Assembly: GCA_965649205.1 (NCBI GenBank)
Contig: CBFGJV010000012.1
Coordinates: forward strand, 1-64,000
Direction: 5' to 3'
Length of the DNA stretch: 64,000 bases
Source: a candidate division WOR-3 bacterium
Lineage (GTDB): Bacteria > Hydrothermota > Tepidihabitantia > Tepidihabitantales > Tepidihabitantaceae
Shown: in pieces, positions 41,601 to 50,437 of the stretch
How positions within the stretch are numbered: the stretch's first letter is position 1
Layout: each line of letters starts with the position of its first letter
Position numbers and translations under genes: made by a program
The notes under the pieces: generated by a model
Databases searched by the model: none
What the model saw: only the letters and a program-made list of their open reading frames with translations
Told to the model about the DNA's origin: nothing

Positions 41601-42760
41601 AGGGCAATAAGACGAGTGACTTCTACAAGTACTATCCGGAAAAAGACAGCTGGGCGATACTGGGAGCGATACCAGATGTGGAGCCTGCGACAGGGAAGGC
41701 CAAGTTGGTGTCCAAGGGCAGCCGGGCAGTGACGGATGGAAAAGACTACCTGTATGTACTCAAGGGGAATGGCACGCAGGGGTTCTGGCGTTATCGGGTG
41801 GAAGACGGCAAGTGGGACACTTTGACGCGTGTGCCGGTAAAGATAAAGGGTGGCAACGACATGGCGTATGTGAAGCGTGGTGGCAAGGAGTATTTGTATC
41901 TGTTGGCGGGCGGCAAGACAGCGTTCTACCGGTTTGATGTGGAGCGGGGAGAATGGATGATGCTAGACAGCGCTCCGTACGGAGGGAACAAGAAGAAGTA
42001 CGGGGCGGGTTCTTTCCTGGTATACGACAAGGGTAGTTATCTGTATGCGCATCAGGCGAATGTGGTGGGCGACTCGTTCCATTACATGTTCCGGTATGAC
42101 TTAGCGAAAGACAGCTGGCAGACTACGGCGTTGCGCGGTTTGCCGTTATACGGGACGGAAGCAGGGAAGCTGAACAAGAAGAAGAAGTCGAAGGACGGAG
42201 CTGGTGCGGTGTGGTATGCGGGTCGGATTTATGCGGTGAAAGGCGGTGGGAGCCAGAACTTCTACCGGTACAATCCTGTAGGCGACAGCTGGACGGCGTT
42301 GGACACGATACCGCGGACAGGAGCGAGCGGGACCAAGGGAGTAGTGAAGGCAGGCGGCGCCTTGGCGAACTGGGGAGATGCGTTCTTCCTCTTGAAGGGC
42401 AACAACACCTACGAATTCTGGCGGTATGTGCAGCCTGTATTCCAGGTGGCGAGCGCCCAGCCATCAAGGCGTGACGGAGTGCAGACGCAGGGGCAGAAGC
42501 GAGCGGTGGTGTTGAGAGTAGCGCCGAATCCTATAGCGAGTGGCTTTGCGGTGCTGAGGCTGGAGGGGTACAGAGGCACGAGAGCGCAGGTGCGGGTGTA
42601 CGATGCTGTGGGTCGGTGTGTAGTATCTCGTCCTGTGGAGGTTAGGAGCCTGCAGCAGGGTGTGGTGCTAGACCTGCGGCATTTGTCCAGTGGTGTGTAT
42701 CTGGTGCGGCTGGATGGAGCAGGTCTTGCCGTGGCGCAGAAGCTGGTGGTGCAGAAATAG
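38612..42760 (+). CDS. 1382-aa secreted modular protein: N-terminal domain, 2 CARDB/Ig, 3 IPT/TIG repeats, 2 FN3-like, Lys-rich Kelch-like propeller, T9SS CTD
   Basis: SD aaggagg; signal peptide; NPAPGGGTSN IPT repeats (~40046, 40316, 40588); KGNKTSDFYKYYP...KGNNTYEFWRY; VAPNP...LSSGVYLVRL...QKLVVQK. Confidence 0.88.
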   Translation: MSRRFVWLLALILVFGLAGGSETNQPAATEFQSLHKELSRISDSRAVTFLPNGDGSFRVVLRALPPVGSTGNPVDGGTYITGQTGTLECQQILVFSTYYKYFPGYDAVCHWQDYGLWTYQYARGTCEWDLSPLPDDMVIDSVYCRSYATSLTNTVTKVDLYQMANRPSTTSNAQTLYNDAGDGEIFGTYQPITDVPGWYSVKFTDAGRDEIQSRLTSGDWFAIGYTGAGSGNPWQIRFINVENWPELVFFFSGLDIASDAVLSPTGTIRVNVPVTPRVRVQHISGTSAVCDLELRVYKGDSLVHSQKKIGVVLNSEETREVDFNIAWTPQDTGEHRVVFWHTLTPDEEPGNDTAELVFRVRPVDVGAAGIIVPADGAEYEFGEPIVPKALVSNYTDDAETSVPVRMRIYTSGGQEVWSALQTVDLDANETEKPVEFGLVEPQLAAGYYAVTCSTELLPDWKPENNRYPPSGTHTFVVLNRVPVTTSIAPNEKQAGEPGFVLTVYGSNFVYNSVVRFEGSDRPTTYVDENTLQAQISADDIKFGGTFSITVFNPAPGGGTSNAQVLTVYNRVPVTTGIIPAEKEVGESEFVLTVSGEFFVPGAVVRWNGSNRYTEYVNGTTLEAIILESDLSTAGLFSVDVVNPAPGGGTSNVQTFTVKTPVPNLTQIEPTEGTQGQAGLEIVFTGGGFIPDVTQVGFGPGNGITVNSVTVTSPEELIANIDIAADATVGKWDVSVSNPGPGGGVAVLAEGFEVKEPTLQDFSLLAPEDGAVDLPVTGLVFQWEDANPGDAASYEVWLGLPGELVKVKEGLTEPSWTYDLAEPLLPNTAYSWNVKAVLESDGEKWALNGPFGFTIADVPPAPTNLSPDQEEDVARSGMLTWDPFLVYGAPVDSYVVWLGAGTPERYGNAGKNTQYPYSGLAGSTTYSWYVAAWGPGGVTLSATAQFTTQVETPAWEKGWVAVKSLPQEPTTTKAPKAGAWLVTGPDNAGSGKVIYAAKGNKTSDFYKYYPEKDSWAILGAIPDVEPATGKAKLVSKGSRAVTDGKDYLYVLKGNGTQGFWRYRVEDGKWDTLTRVPVKIKGGNDMAYVKRGGKEYLYLLAGGKTAFYRFDVERGEWMMLDSAPYGGNKKKYGAGSFLVYDKGSYLYAHQANVVGDSFHYMFRYDLAKDSWQTTALRGLPLYGTEAGKLNKKKKSKDGAGAVWYAGRIYAVKGGGSQNFYRYNPVGDSWTALDTIPRTGASGTKGVVKAGGALANWGDAFFLLKGNNTYEFWRYVQPVFQVASAQPSRRDGVQTQGQKRAVVLRVAPNPIASGFAVLRLEGYRGTRAQVRVYDAVGRCVVSRPVEVRSLQQGVVLDLRHLSSGVYLVRLDGAGLAVAQKLVVQK

Positions 42761-42780
42761 GACGGGGGAGAGTGGAGACT

Positions 42781-42812
42781 CAGGAGCGGGCCTTCGGGCC
42801 CGCTCCTGTTTT
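42781..42812 (+). terminator. Intrinsic terminator
   Basis: caggagcgggcc-ttcg-ggcccgctcctg-tttt. Confidence 0.88.
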
Positions 42813-42910
42813 GCGGTGACTGGAAAACGCAAGGAAGTTTGTCTTGCGTTAGTTGTTTCAAGGTGTCTTCCCGGATAGAATGATTCACGAGCAAGTTTGT
42901 GGAGGAGTCA

Positions 42911-43918
42911 ATGGCTAGTAATACCGGTTATGAAAGGTGGAGTCGGGAGCAAGCTTGGAACTGGTACAAGAAGCAGCCCTGGCTGGTAGGCTGTAACTTC
43001 ATTCCCAGCACCGCAGTGAATCAGCTGGAGATGTGGCAAAAAGAGACCTTTGACCCGCAGAGTATTGAACGCGAGTTGGGTTTAGCCGCCTCCATCGGTT
43101 TCAATACCGTACGTACCTATCTGCATGACCTGGCCTGGTTGGTTGATCGCCAGGGGTTCTTGCAGCGGGTAGAGCGTTTTCTGGATATTGCGGCGCAGAA
43201 AAAGATAAAGCCCATACTTGTTTTCTTTGACGACTGCTGGGGGACTGAGTTTGCTCCGGGCAAACAACCAGACCCCATTCCCGGCGTTCACAATTCTGGC
43301 TGGGTGCAGAGTCCGGGCAGCAAGGTGGTGACTTCTCCTGCTCAGTGGGGAAGGTTGGAGGAATATGTGGGCGAGGTGCTGGAGCGTTTCGCTCAGGACG
43401 AAAGGGTGCTTATGTGGGATTTGTATAATGAACCCGGGAATAACAACTTGGGAGAGAGGTCGCTGCCGCTGTTGCGAGATGTATTTGACTGGGCGCGCAG
43501 GGCAGCACCCTCTCAGCCTTTGACGGCTGGCTTGTGGTATGACAATTCGGTGCTGAATGAGTTTCAGCTAAAGGCCTCAGACATAGTTACCTTTCACAAC
43601 TACAACGATACAGGAGAGCTGGAAAGACAGATAAAAGAGTTGAAAAGACATGGAAGGCCGCTGGTTTGTACCGAGTATATGGCTCGCACCAGAAACAGCC
43701 GTTTTGAAACGCATCTACCTGTTTTCAAGCGCGAAAGGGTAGGTTGTCTGAACTGGGGGCTGGTAAGAGGTAAAACGCAGACTATCTTTCCCTGGGGTTC
43801 GCCAGCGGGGGCTGCGGGGCCAGCAATATGGTTTCACGATATTTTCTGGCCGGATGGTACACCGTATGCGGAGGAAGAAGTAAGACTAATTCGCAGCCTG
43901 ACAGGTTCGGCGTGCTGA
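42911..43918 (+). CDS. GH5-like (clan GH-A) glycoside hydrolase, no signal peptide
   Basis: GCNFIPSTAVNQLEMW, WDLYNEP (acid/base), CTEYMAR (nucleophile); SD ggagg before ATG 42911. Confidence 0.85.
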   Translation: MASNTGYERWSREQAWNWYKKQPWLVGCNFIPSTAVNQLEMWQKETFDPQSIERELGLAASIGFNTVRTYLHDLAWLVDRQGFLQRVERFLDIAAQKKIKPILVFFDDCWGTEFAPGKQPDPIPGVHNSGWVQSPGSKVVTSPAQWGRLEEYVGEVLERFAQDERVLMWDLYNEPGNNNLGERSLPLLRDVFDWARRAAPSQPLTAGLWYDNSVLNEFQLKASDIVTFHNYNDTGELERQIKELKRHGRPLVCTEYMARTRNSRFETHLPVFKRERVGCLNWGLVRGKTQTIFPWGSPAGAAGPAIWFHDIFWPDGTPYAEEEVRLIRSLTGSAC

Positions 43919-43953
43919 TTGTGTGGCCCGCGGGTCCCCGGTTGTGTTGTAAG

Positions 43954-44871
43954 TCAGAACTGGTCGCAGGGAGTCCAGTAGAACCTGGGCCCGAAGACCG
44001 AGCGCACGGAAATTCCCGGAGCAAGAGGTTTGGCCATAAGGGTGCCGTAGCTTTTGCGACGGAACTGAAATCTCTTTTCTGTATAAATACGCAGAAGGAC
44101 TGGGTCCCATACGGCTAGGTCTACTATTACCTGGGGGCGACGATGCAGAAGCCGGGCAAGTATGCGCAGATAAGCTTTGCGGTTGCGGCAGAGGATTTCG
44201 TCTATATAGAGGGTGCCCTGGAAGGCTTCGACCAAGGCATACCCATCCCGACAGGCTACCACAAAACCAGGGCCAGGTTTCCATATCTTCTTTAGCGCCT
44301 TGAGCCAGCCGGGATGGCGTACAGAAAAACCACATTTCCCAGCCGTAAGTTTTGAATGCAGTTTCTCTACGCGCCGATAGTCCGGTTTGGAATATCTGGG
44401 TTTTATGGCGCGGGGACCACGGGGATAAAGTTTTAGAGCCCGGGGAGCCAGCTCGGTAGTAGGCAGGTCCTCATATCCGAGTTTCCGGTAAAGCTGCCAG
44501 GCAACAAACGAGCGGCTGGTGAAAAGAAAGGAAAATCGGCGACCCTGACCGCGATAAACATCTTCCACATGGGCAAACAGCCGGGCCGCAACTCCCTGTC
44601 GGGAATAGGCAGGATGAGTAGCAACATGATGGATTCCCAAGGCCTGTTCTGTTTCGCCCGCACGGGTGCGAACAGGTATGTCCGCTACGCCTACGAAACC
44701 TGCGACAGTCCTGCCGTCAACCAGAGCGAACCCGTATGGGTCGCGGAAACGTAAGTCCGCCTTGCGGATTTCGGCTATACGGTCCGGGTGCGCCGGCCAG
44801 CCGAAAGTAGCTTCCATGAGTTGTAGAAATCCATTCGGATTGTTCAGGTCGTCGTACTTGACGATGTGCAC
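43954..44871 (-). CDS. GNAT acetyltransferase (Eis-like N-terminal domain)
   Basis: VATHPAYSRQGVAARLF, LYRKLGY. Confidence 0.85.
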   Translation of the reverse strand: MHIVKYDDLNNPNGFLQLMEATFGWPAHPDRIAEIRKADLRFRDPYGFALVDGRTVAGFVGVADIPVRTRAGETEQALGIHHVATHPAYSRQGVAARLFAHVEDVYRGQGRRFSFLFTSRSFVAWQLYRKLGYEDLPTTELAPRALKLYPRGPRAIKPRYSKPDYRRVEKLHSKLTAGKCGFSVRHPGWLKALKKIWKPGPGFVVACRDGYALVEAFQGTLYIDEILCRNRKAYLRILARLLHRRPQVIVDLAVWDPVLLRIYTEKRFQFRRKSYGTLMAKPLAPGISVRSVFGPRFYWTPCDQF

Positions 44872-44878
44872 AGAGACA

Positions 44879-44954
44879 AGGGTAGCAAAGCCATGAGTAC
44901 GGTCAAGGGTGGATTACCCGACAGCGTTGACAAGTTTTGTCTGCGACCTAGAAT
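44879..44954. promoter_or_regulatory. Divergent promoter pair
   Basis: Minus: TTGACC(44906)-N16-TACCCT, 7 nt before GTG 44871. Plus: TTGACA(44927)-N16-TAGAAT. Confidence 0.7.
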
Positions 44955-45076
44955 CGCATGCGGAGAGCGGCATTATCTCGGCCTTTTGCTAGGCGGGGTA
45001 ATACTGTCCACTGGCACAGAAGAGGTTTGTCCGTCGCTGTGTGCGACCAGCCTGACAGTGGAAAGGAGTAATCAAT

Positions 45077-48000
45077 ATGAGAAGGTTGTTTTCCAATAAA
45101 GTCGGTGGCATGGTTGTTCTGTTGTACAGTGTGTTCGTATCCGGGGTAGTTATTGCTCAGCAGGGTTCGACTGACTGGGCGCAGATAACTGCTCAGGCAG
45201 GGTGGCTGGCGCGAGAACGACCGGCCGTAGTCAGTTTTCGCGATTCCCTTTGGATAATGGGAGGTGTTGCCGGTACTACCCGTTTCAATGATGTATGGTG
45301 TTCTGCCGACGGAGTGAACTGGGTTCAGGCTCCGAATGCAGGCTGGTCGGGCAGGTATGGCCATGCCGCGGTAGTGTACAAAGGCAGGATATGGGTGCTG
45401 GGCGGGTTCAGCGGAGCATACCGAAGCGATGTGTGGTCTTCAGTTGATGGTCGAACCTGGATTCAGGATACATCGCGGGCCAGCTGGTCGCCCCGCTATC
45501 ATCATACGGTTGTAGTGTTGCGTGATACACTTTGGCTAATGGGTGGATACGACGGCACCAACTATCTGAATGACGTCTGGTACTCTACCAATGGCAAGAA
45601 CTGGACGCAGGCGACGGCTGCTGCCGGCTGGTCGGCACGGCGCTGGCACGCAACCTTGGCGTACGACAATAGACTGTGGGTGCTGGGCGGTTCGGATACC
45701 AGCGGAACCTTGGGTGATGTCTGGTATTCCTCCAATGGTTCAGTATGGACGCGAGCCAGTGACGCGGCTTGGCCCAGACGTTCGCGGCTTGCGGCGGTAG
45801 TGTTTGATGGCAAGATGTGGGTACTGGGTGGGTTTGGTGGTATTACCTATCGGAACGATGTCTGGTATTCTACTGATGGTGCGGGCTGGACTCAGGTGAC
45901 TAATGCGCCCTGGACAGCCCGGTATTTTCACGGTTCTGCCGTACATGCAGACAGAATGTGGGTGATGGCCGGTTTTGCCGAAGATACAACGCACAGGAAC
46001 GACGTGTGGGCTTCGGCCGGGCGGGGACTTACGGTAGTGGTGCCTAACGGCGGAGAAACATGGTCCATAAACAGCAATCAGACCATCAGATGGAGGAGCT
46101 ACGGCTCTGGTATCGCCCGTTATCGGGTGCTCCTTTCCCGTGACGGTGGCTCTAACTATGCGGAAACAGTGGCTGTGAATATAACGCCACCGGAGACTAC
46201 CTATCGTTGGAGGGTCACACCTCCGACTTCTGCCGCTTGCCGTATGCGCGTGCAGGCACTTTCAGCCACTAACGCACTGCTGGTGCAGGACATCAGTGAC
46301 GCCAATTTTGCAATTGCCTCGCAGCAGCCATCGGTCTTTCGCCTGTCCAGCCCTCCGAACCGGGCCTGGGCCGGATCCAGACCTACCTTTGTCTGGTATG
46401 CCTCCACGGCTCTGGAGTCTTTACGTTATCAGTTGTACATAGACCGGATTCTGCGTAAGGACAGTATCAGAGATACTGTCTATACCTTGACTGGTGTCGG
46501 TTTGTCTGAGACGACTCACACCTGGTATGTGCGGGCGCTTACTTCTTCGGGTAGCTCTCGTTATTCGGCAGATACTTTCCTGGTCCGGATAGATAGTATG
46601 CCTCCCCGTACGTTCAGTCTTCGTTATCCTGAGGATAGCGTCTGGACTACTGGGGAGAGCTTGCTATTTGCCTGGCAGCCATCCGCAGATGTGCGTTCGG
46701 GATTGGCTTTTTACCAGTTGCTGATTGATGGAGAGGTGAATCGGGATAGCATTCCCTGGTCTGATACTGTCACTACTTGTAGAGGCATATTGTCGGATGG
46801 TTACCACAGCTGGGCGATACGAGCGGTGGATAGTGCAGGAAACTTTCGTAATTCCAGCCAGACCCGGACGGTATTTGTAGATGCCACACCTCCAGATACT
46901 TTCAGCCTGGCCGGCCCTGGGGACGATGACACTGTGTATGTGCAGCAACCTGTGCTGAGCTGGCATCCGACACGCGACAGTGGTTCCGGGTTGGACCGGT
47001 ATCAGTTGTGGCTGAACGGTGAGTTGAATCGAGATAGTATCTCGCCGTCTGACACAATGACAGTGCCCTCTCATCTTTTGCCTTATGGTAGTACGCATTC
47101 TTGGACCGTAAAAGCTATAGACCGTACCGGCTGGGTGCGAGAAGCCAACCAGGCTTGGACCCTTCATGTGGTGCAGGATACGGTTGCTCCTACGGTACCG
47201 ACGTTGATTGCACCTCTTGATAGTTCTTTCGTCTCTGAGTCTTTGCCCAGATTCTGCTGGCATAGTTCATTCGATCGGCTTAGTGGGGTGGACAATTACA
47301 CCTTGGAGTACGCACCGAATCCGGCTTTTTCTAATTCGGTGAGAGTGGAGGTTTACGATACCATCTATCGGCTCCCGTACCGCCTGGCTGACACTACTTG
47401 GTATTGGCGGGTACAGGCCCTGGACCGGATGGGAAATGTCAGCGACTGGTCGGCGGTATGGCGGTTTGAGCTGGATACACGTTCCCCTTCTGTCCCTTCT
47501 CTTGTTCGACCTACAGGAGGGGTATGGAGCAATGTGCAGCGCACTGTATTTGAGTGGACCGCAGTGACGTTCGGCTTGCTCTCACCTGTGCGTTATATAG
47601 TGCAGATAGACACGACACCGAGCTTTTCCTCTCCGCTGGTGGATACTGCCGCCATCAATCAGGACACAATAGCCCTGGCAGAGCGAACGCGTTATTACTG
47701 GCGCGTACGGGCATTTGACCTGGCCGGCAATCAGGGGGGTTGGTCCAGCGTGGACAGTTTTGGGTGCGACTGGAAGAAGCCTACTACACCAGTTCTGGTT
47801 GCACCTGACAGCGGAGCGGCCCGTTCTGATTCTGTTGTGACTTTTGTCTGGCGTTCTGGACAGGACAGTGTGAGTGGAGTGAGACACTATCTGCTGCAGT
47901 ATGCCAACGAACCGACATTTGCCAGACCGGTGAGTCGTGACTCTCTGGCGGATACGGTTTTTGTTTGTCCCGTTTTGGCAGATACTGTTTGGTACTGGCG

Positions 48001-48970
48001 AGTGCGGACAACTGACAGGGCCGGGAACCACAGTAACTGGTCTGCAGTATGGGTTTTTGAGAAGGACACCCGCGTGCCAGCTGTACCCTCTCTACTGGCA
48101 CCAATTGGTGGCATATGGTTGAGGGATAGCGTGGTGGTGTTCAGATGGAGTGAGGTCAGCTCGGCAAGGGCTGGAAACGTTATACTTTCGCCAGTGCGTT
48201 ACATTCTGCAGGTGGATACCAGTCGGTTGTTTTCTGCACCGGTTCTGGTGGATACGCAGCCGGTATCCACGGACACGGTAAAGCTGGAGGCTAGCCGTTA
48301 TTACTGGCGGGTGCGAGCATTTGACTTGGCCGGCAATAAAGGGAACTGGTCCGGTGTGGACAGTTTTGGGTGCGACTGGACGCCTCCGACGTTGCCGATG
48401 CCTTCCTGGCCACCGGATGATACCACTCTGGCAGACACGGTTTTCGGGTTTTTCTGGTATCCTGCGCAGGACCGGCCCAGCGGGGTAGCGTATTATCAGT
48501 TCCAGCTGTCGCTTGATCCGATATTCGCGGTCCTGGTGCGAGATACGGTGGTTTTGGATACCAGCTACCGGATACGTCTGGTGGATACAGTATATTACTG
48601 GCGGGTGCGAGCTGCTGACCGAGCGGGCAACCGTAGCGTCTGGTCCTCTGTGCGCAAGTTGCGTACGCGGAGGATACCCGGAGTAAAGGAAGATCTCAGT
48701 CTGCCTGTTACTGCGCTGGAGCGCGTGAATCCTACTCTATTTCGCGATAGGCTGGAGGTAGAGTATGCGCTGGCGCGGGCCTCATTAGTACGACTGGTTC
48801 TGCACAATAGTCTTGGCAGGGAGATAGCGGTACTTGCAGCAGGTAGACAGGATGCCGGGACCTACCGGGTTTCCTGGCGTGGCGGTGCAGCAGTGCCGGC
48901 GGGGATTTATTTCGTGCGGCTTGATACTGAGGGCGTAACAGTAAGAAGAAAGGTGACGCGACTGCGGTAA
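45077..48970 (+). CDS. 1297-aa secreted protein: six-bladed Kelch-like propeller, Ig domain, ~8 FN3-like repeats, T9SS-type CTD
   Basis: Repeats W..R..H......LWV.GG....NDVW.S.DG..W; WYWRV.A.D.AGN...WS repeats; near-identical DNA at ~47690-47773 and ~48297-48380; HNSLGREI...PAGIYFVRL. Confidence 0.88.
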   Translation: MRRLFSNKVGGMVVLLYSVFVSGVVIAQQGSTDWAQITAQAGWLARERPAVVSFRDSLWIMGGVAGTTRFNDVWCSADGVNWVQAPNAGWSGRYGHAAVVYKGRIWVLGGFSGAYRSDVWSSVDGRTWIQDTSRASWSPRYHHTVVVLRDTLWLMGGYDGTNYLNDVWYSTNGKNWTQATAAAGWSARRWHATLAYDNRLWVLGGSDTSGTLGDVWYSSNGSVWTRASDAAWPRRSRLAAVVFDGKMWVLGGFGGITYRNDVWYSTDGAGWTQVTNAPWTARYFHGSAVHADRMWVMAGFAEDTTHRNDVWASAGRGLTVVVPNGGETWSINSNQTIRWRSYGSGIARYRVLLSRDGGSNYAETVAVNITPPETTYRWRVTPPTSAACRMRVQALSATNALLVQDISDANFAIASQQPSVFRLSSPPNRAWAGSRPTFVWYASTALESLRYQLYIDRILRKDSIRDTVYTLTGVGLSETTHTWYVRALTSSGSSRYSADTFLVRIDSMPPRTFSLRYPEDSVWTTGESLLFAWQPSADVRSGLAFYQLLIDGEVNRDSIPWSDTVTTCRGILSDGYHSWAIRAVDSAGNFRNSSQTRTVFVDATPPDTFSLAGPGDDDTVYVQQPVLSWHPTRDSGSGLDRYQLWLNGELNRDSISPSDTMTVPSHLLPYGSTHSWTVKAIDRTGWVREANQAWTLHVVQDTVAPTVPTLIAPLDSSFVSESLPRFCWHSSFDRLSGVDNYTLEYAPNPAFSNSVRVEVYDTIYRLPYRLADTTWYWRVQALDRMGNVSDWSAVWRFELDTRSPSVPSLVRPTGGVWSNVQRTVFEWTAVTFGLLSPVRYIVQIDTTPSFSSPLVDTAAINQDTIALAERTRYYWRVRAFDLAGNQGGWSSVDSFGCDWKKPTTPVLVAPDSGAARSDSVVTFVWRSGQDSVSGVRHYLLQYANEPTFARPVSRDSLADTVFVCPVLADTVWYWRVRTTDRAGNHSNWSAVWVFEKDTRVPAVPSLLAPIGGIWLRDSVVVFRWSEVSSARAGNVILSPVRYILQVDTSRLFSAPVLVDTQPVSTDTVKLEASRYYWRVRAFDLAGNKGNWSGVDSFGCDWTPPTLPMPSWPPDDTTLADTVFGFFWYPAQDRPSGVAYYQFQLSLDPIFAVLVRDTVVLDTSYRIRLVDTVYYWRVRAADRAGNRSVWSSVRKLRTRRIPGVKEDLSLPVTALERVNPTLFRDRLEVEYALARASLVRLVLHNSLGREIAVLAAGRQDAGTYRVSWRGGAAVPAGIYFVRLDTEGVTVRRKVTRLR

Positions 48971-49006
48971 GACAAGCAGAACTGGTTTAGTTCTGAGCCG
49001 CGAGTA

Positions 49007-50437
49007 TCAGGGCCGAGACAGATAACTGCCAAGCAGTTGCTTCAGATTGGTATTGATGCGGCAGCGGGCAAGAGAGAAGGACTGCAGGACGCGGTCAATC
49101 TGAGTTTCGTTCATCCCTCGGAAGCAGCGGGCGTACAGGGAGTGCAGGAAGGCGCCGGTGAAGTTACTCAGTATGGACTGCTTGACAAAGAAACAAAATT
49201 GGTGGCGATCCACACCGGTTTCAGGAAGGCGGGAAAGAATTGTATCGGCGAGGTCTGCGGTCTTTTGCTGTACCGAGGTCTGCGGTTGATTTGCTACCCA
49301 GCAATCGGTACCTAGCTCGCGCTTAGCCGTAAGTATGGGAGCAACAGTTCTGGCGTAGTCCGAATCCGGATCCACAGTGGCCAGTCCCATCATTCCCATA
49401 TCTTTCCAAGTCCAGATGGTCCAGTGCACTTGTGCTTCTTCCAATACGGAAATTTGGTCAGCCAGCGCACGCAAGCGATCAGGTACTTCTTCAGGGTTGC
49501 CGTCGAAGGCGGCACCAAATTCTCCTACCCAGAGTGGTACGCCATGCTGGCGACAGAAACGGGTGCCTTCCTGTTCCGCAAAATTGGCAGCAATCGTTTT
49601 CTTGTCCCAATAGGAGCCATTGAATTCCCCGGGATAGCGACCGATACCCAGACAAGGCTGGATATAGTTATGGCCGGAATAGACCAGGTTCTTCGCAAAC
49701 GGCGCGTCCATTCCGGAAAAGAGTACAGAGAACTTATCGCCCTCAAGAAATATGATGTGCTCTGCATCTATTTTGCGGATCGCGTCTACCGTTCTCCGAT
49801 AGAGCAGGTTGAGAGCTTCCCAGTTAGGCTTATAGGGAAAGCCGAAGAAGCCCCAAGGTGCGCCGGTTACGGGTTCGTTCATTATGTTGTAACCGGCTAC
49901 TACTGTTTCGGTTCGGTATCGACGAGCGAATTCCTCCCAGAGTGCAATGAAGCGATCTTGAAACTGCTTATGCGACCAGAGGAGAGTCAGGCGGCCATAG
50001 TTGTCTGAATGCCAGTCTGGGTCTTGCCAACCGGGGACCGCGTGCAGGTCAAGGATGGCGTACAAGTTGTGTTTGCGGCACCAGGCTAATACCTGATTCA
50101 GTCGGTTGAATCCCTTTTCCAGCCAGACGCCAGGGGCCGCATCGTTTTCAAAGTGGCGATAATTCAGCGGCAGACGTACGACTGTGCACCCCAGTTCTTT
50201 CATCAGTCTGATATCTTCTTCGGCAAAGAAGTAATCGAGCAGTCGCTCCCAGAAAAACTCTGCCTTTAGGGGACCCAGTTCATCAGCCAGAGCGGCTCTA
50301 AGCCCGGATTCAAATCCGGGATAACCGTTGATGAAGTTTTCGCTGTTCATCCATCCGCCTACACCAAACCCGCGCAGGCGAATGCTCTTTCCTTCTGCGT
50401 TCACAATTTCTGTACCTCTGACTCTAAGCATGTCCAT
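49007..50437 (-). CDS. GH5 glycoside hydrolase, no signal peptide
   Basis: GGWMNSENFING, VRLPLNY, ILDLHAVPG, GYNIMNEP, LWVGEFG, WTIWTWK; SD aggag before ATG 50437. Confidence 0.9.
   Translation of the reverse strand: MDMLRVRGTEIVNAEGKSIRLRGFGVGGWMNSENFINGYPGFESGLRAALADELGPLKAEFFWERLLDYFFAEEDIRLMKELGCTVVRLPLNYRHFENDAAPGVWLEKGFNRLNQVLAWCRKHNLYAILDLHAVPGWQDPDWHSDNYGRLTLLWSHKQFQDRFIALWEEFARRYRTETVVAGYNIMNEPVTGAPWGFFGFPYKPNWEALNLLYRRTVDAIRKIDAEHIIFLEGDKFSVLFSGMDAPFAKNLVYSGHNYIQPCLGIGRYPGEFNGSYWDKKTIAANFAEQEGTRFCRQHGVPLWVGEFGAAFDGNPEEVPDRLRALADQISVLEEAQVHWTIWTWKDMGMMGLATVDPDSDYARTVAPILTAKRELGTDCWVANQPQTSVQQKTADLADTILSRLPETGVDRHQFCFFVKQSILSNFTGAFLHSLYARCFRGMNETQIDRVLQSFSLARCRINTNLKQLLGSYLSRP

Noticed and set aside
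47690..48380. Direct DNA repeat as a mobile-element end
   Set aside because: In-frame FN3 domain duplication within CDS 45077.
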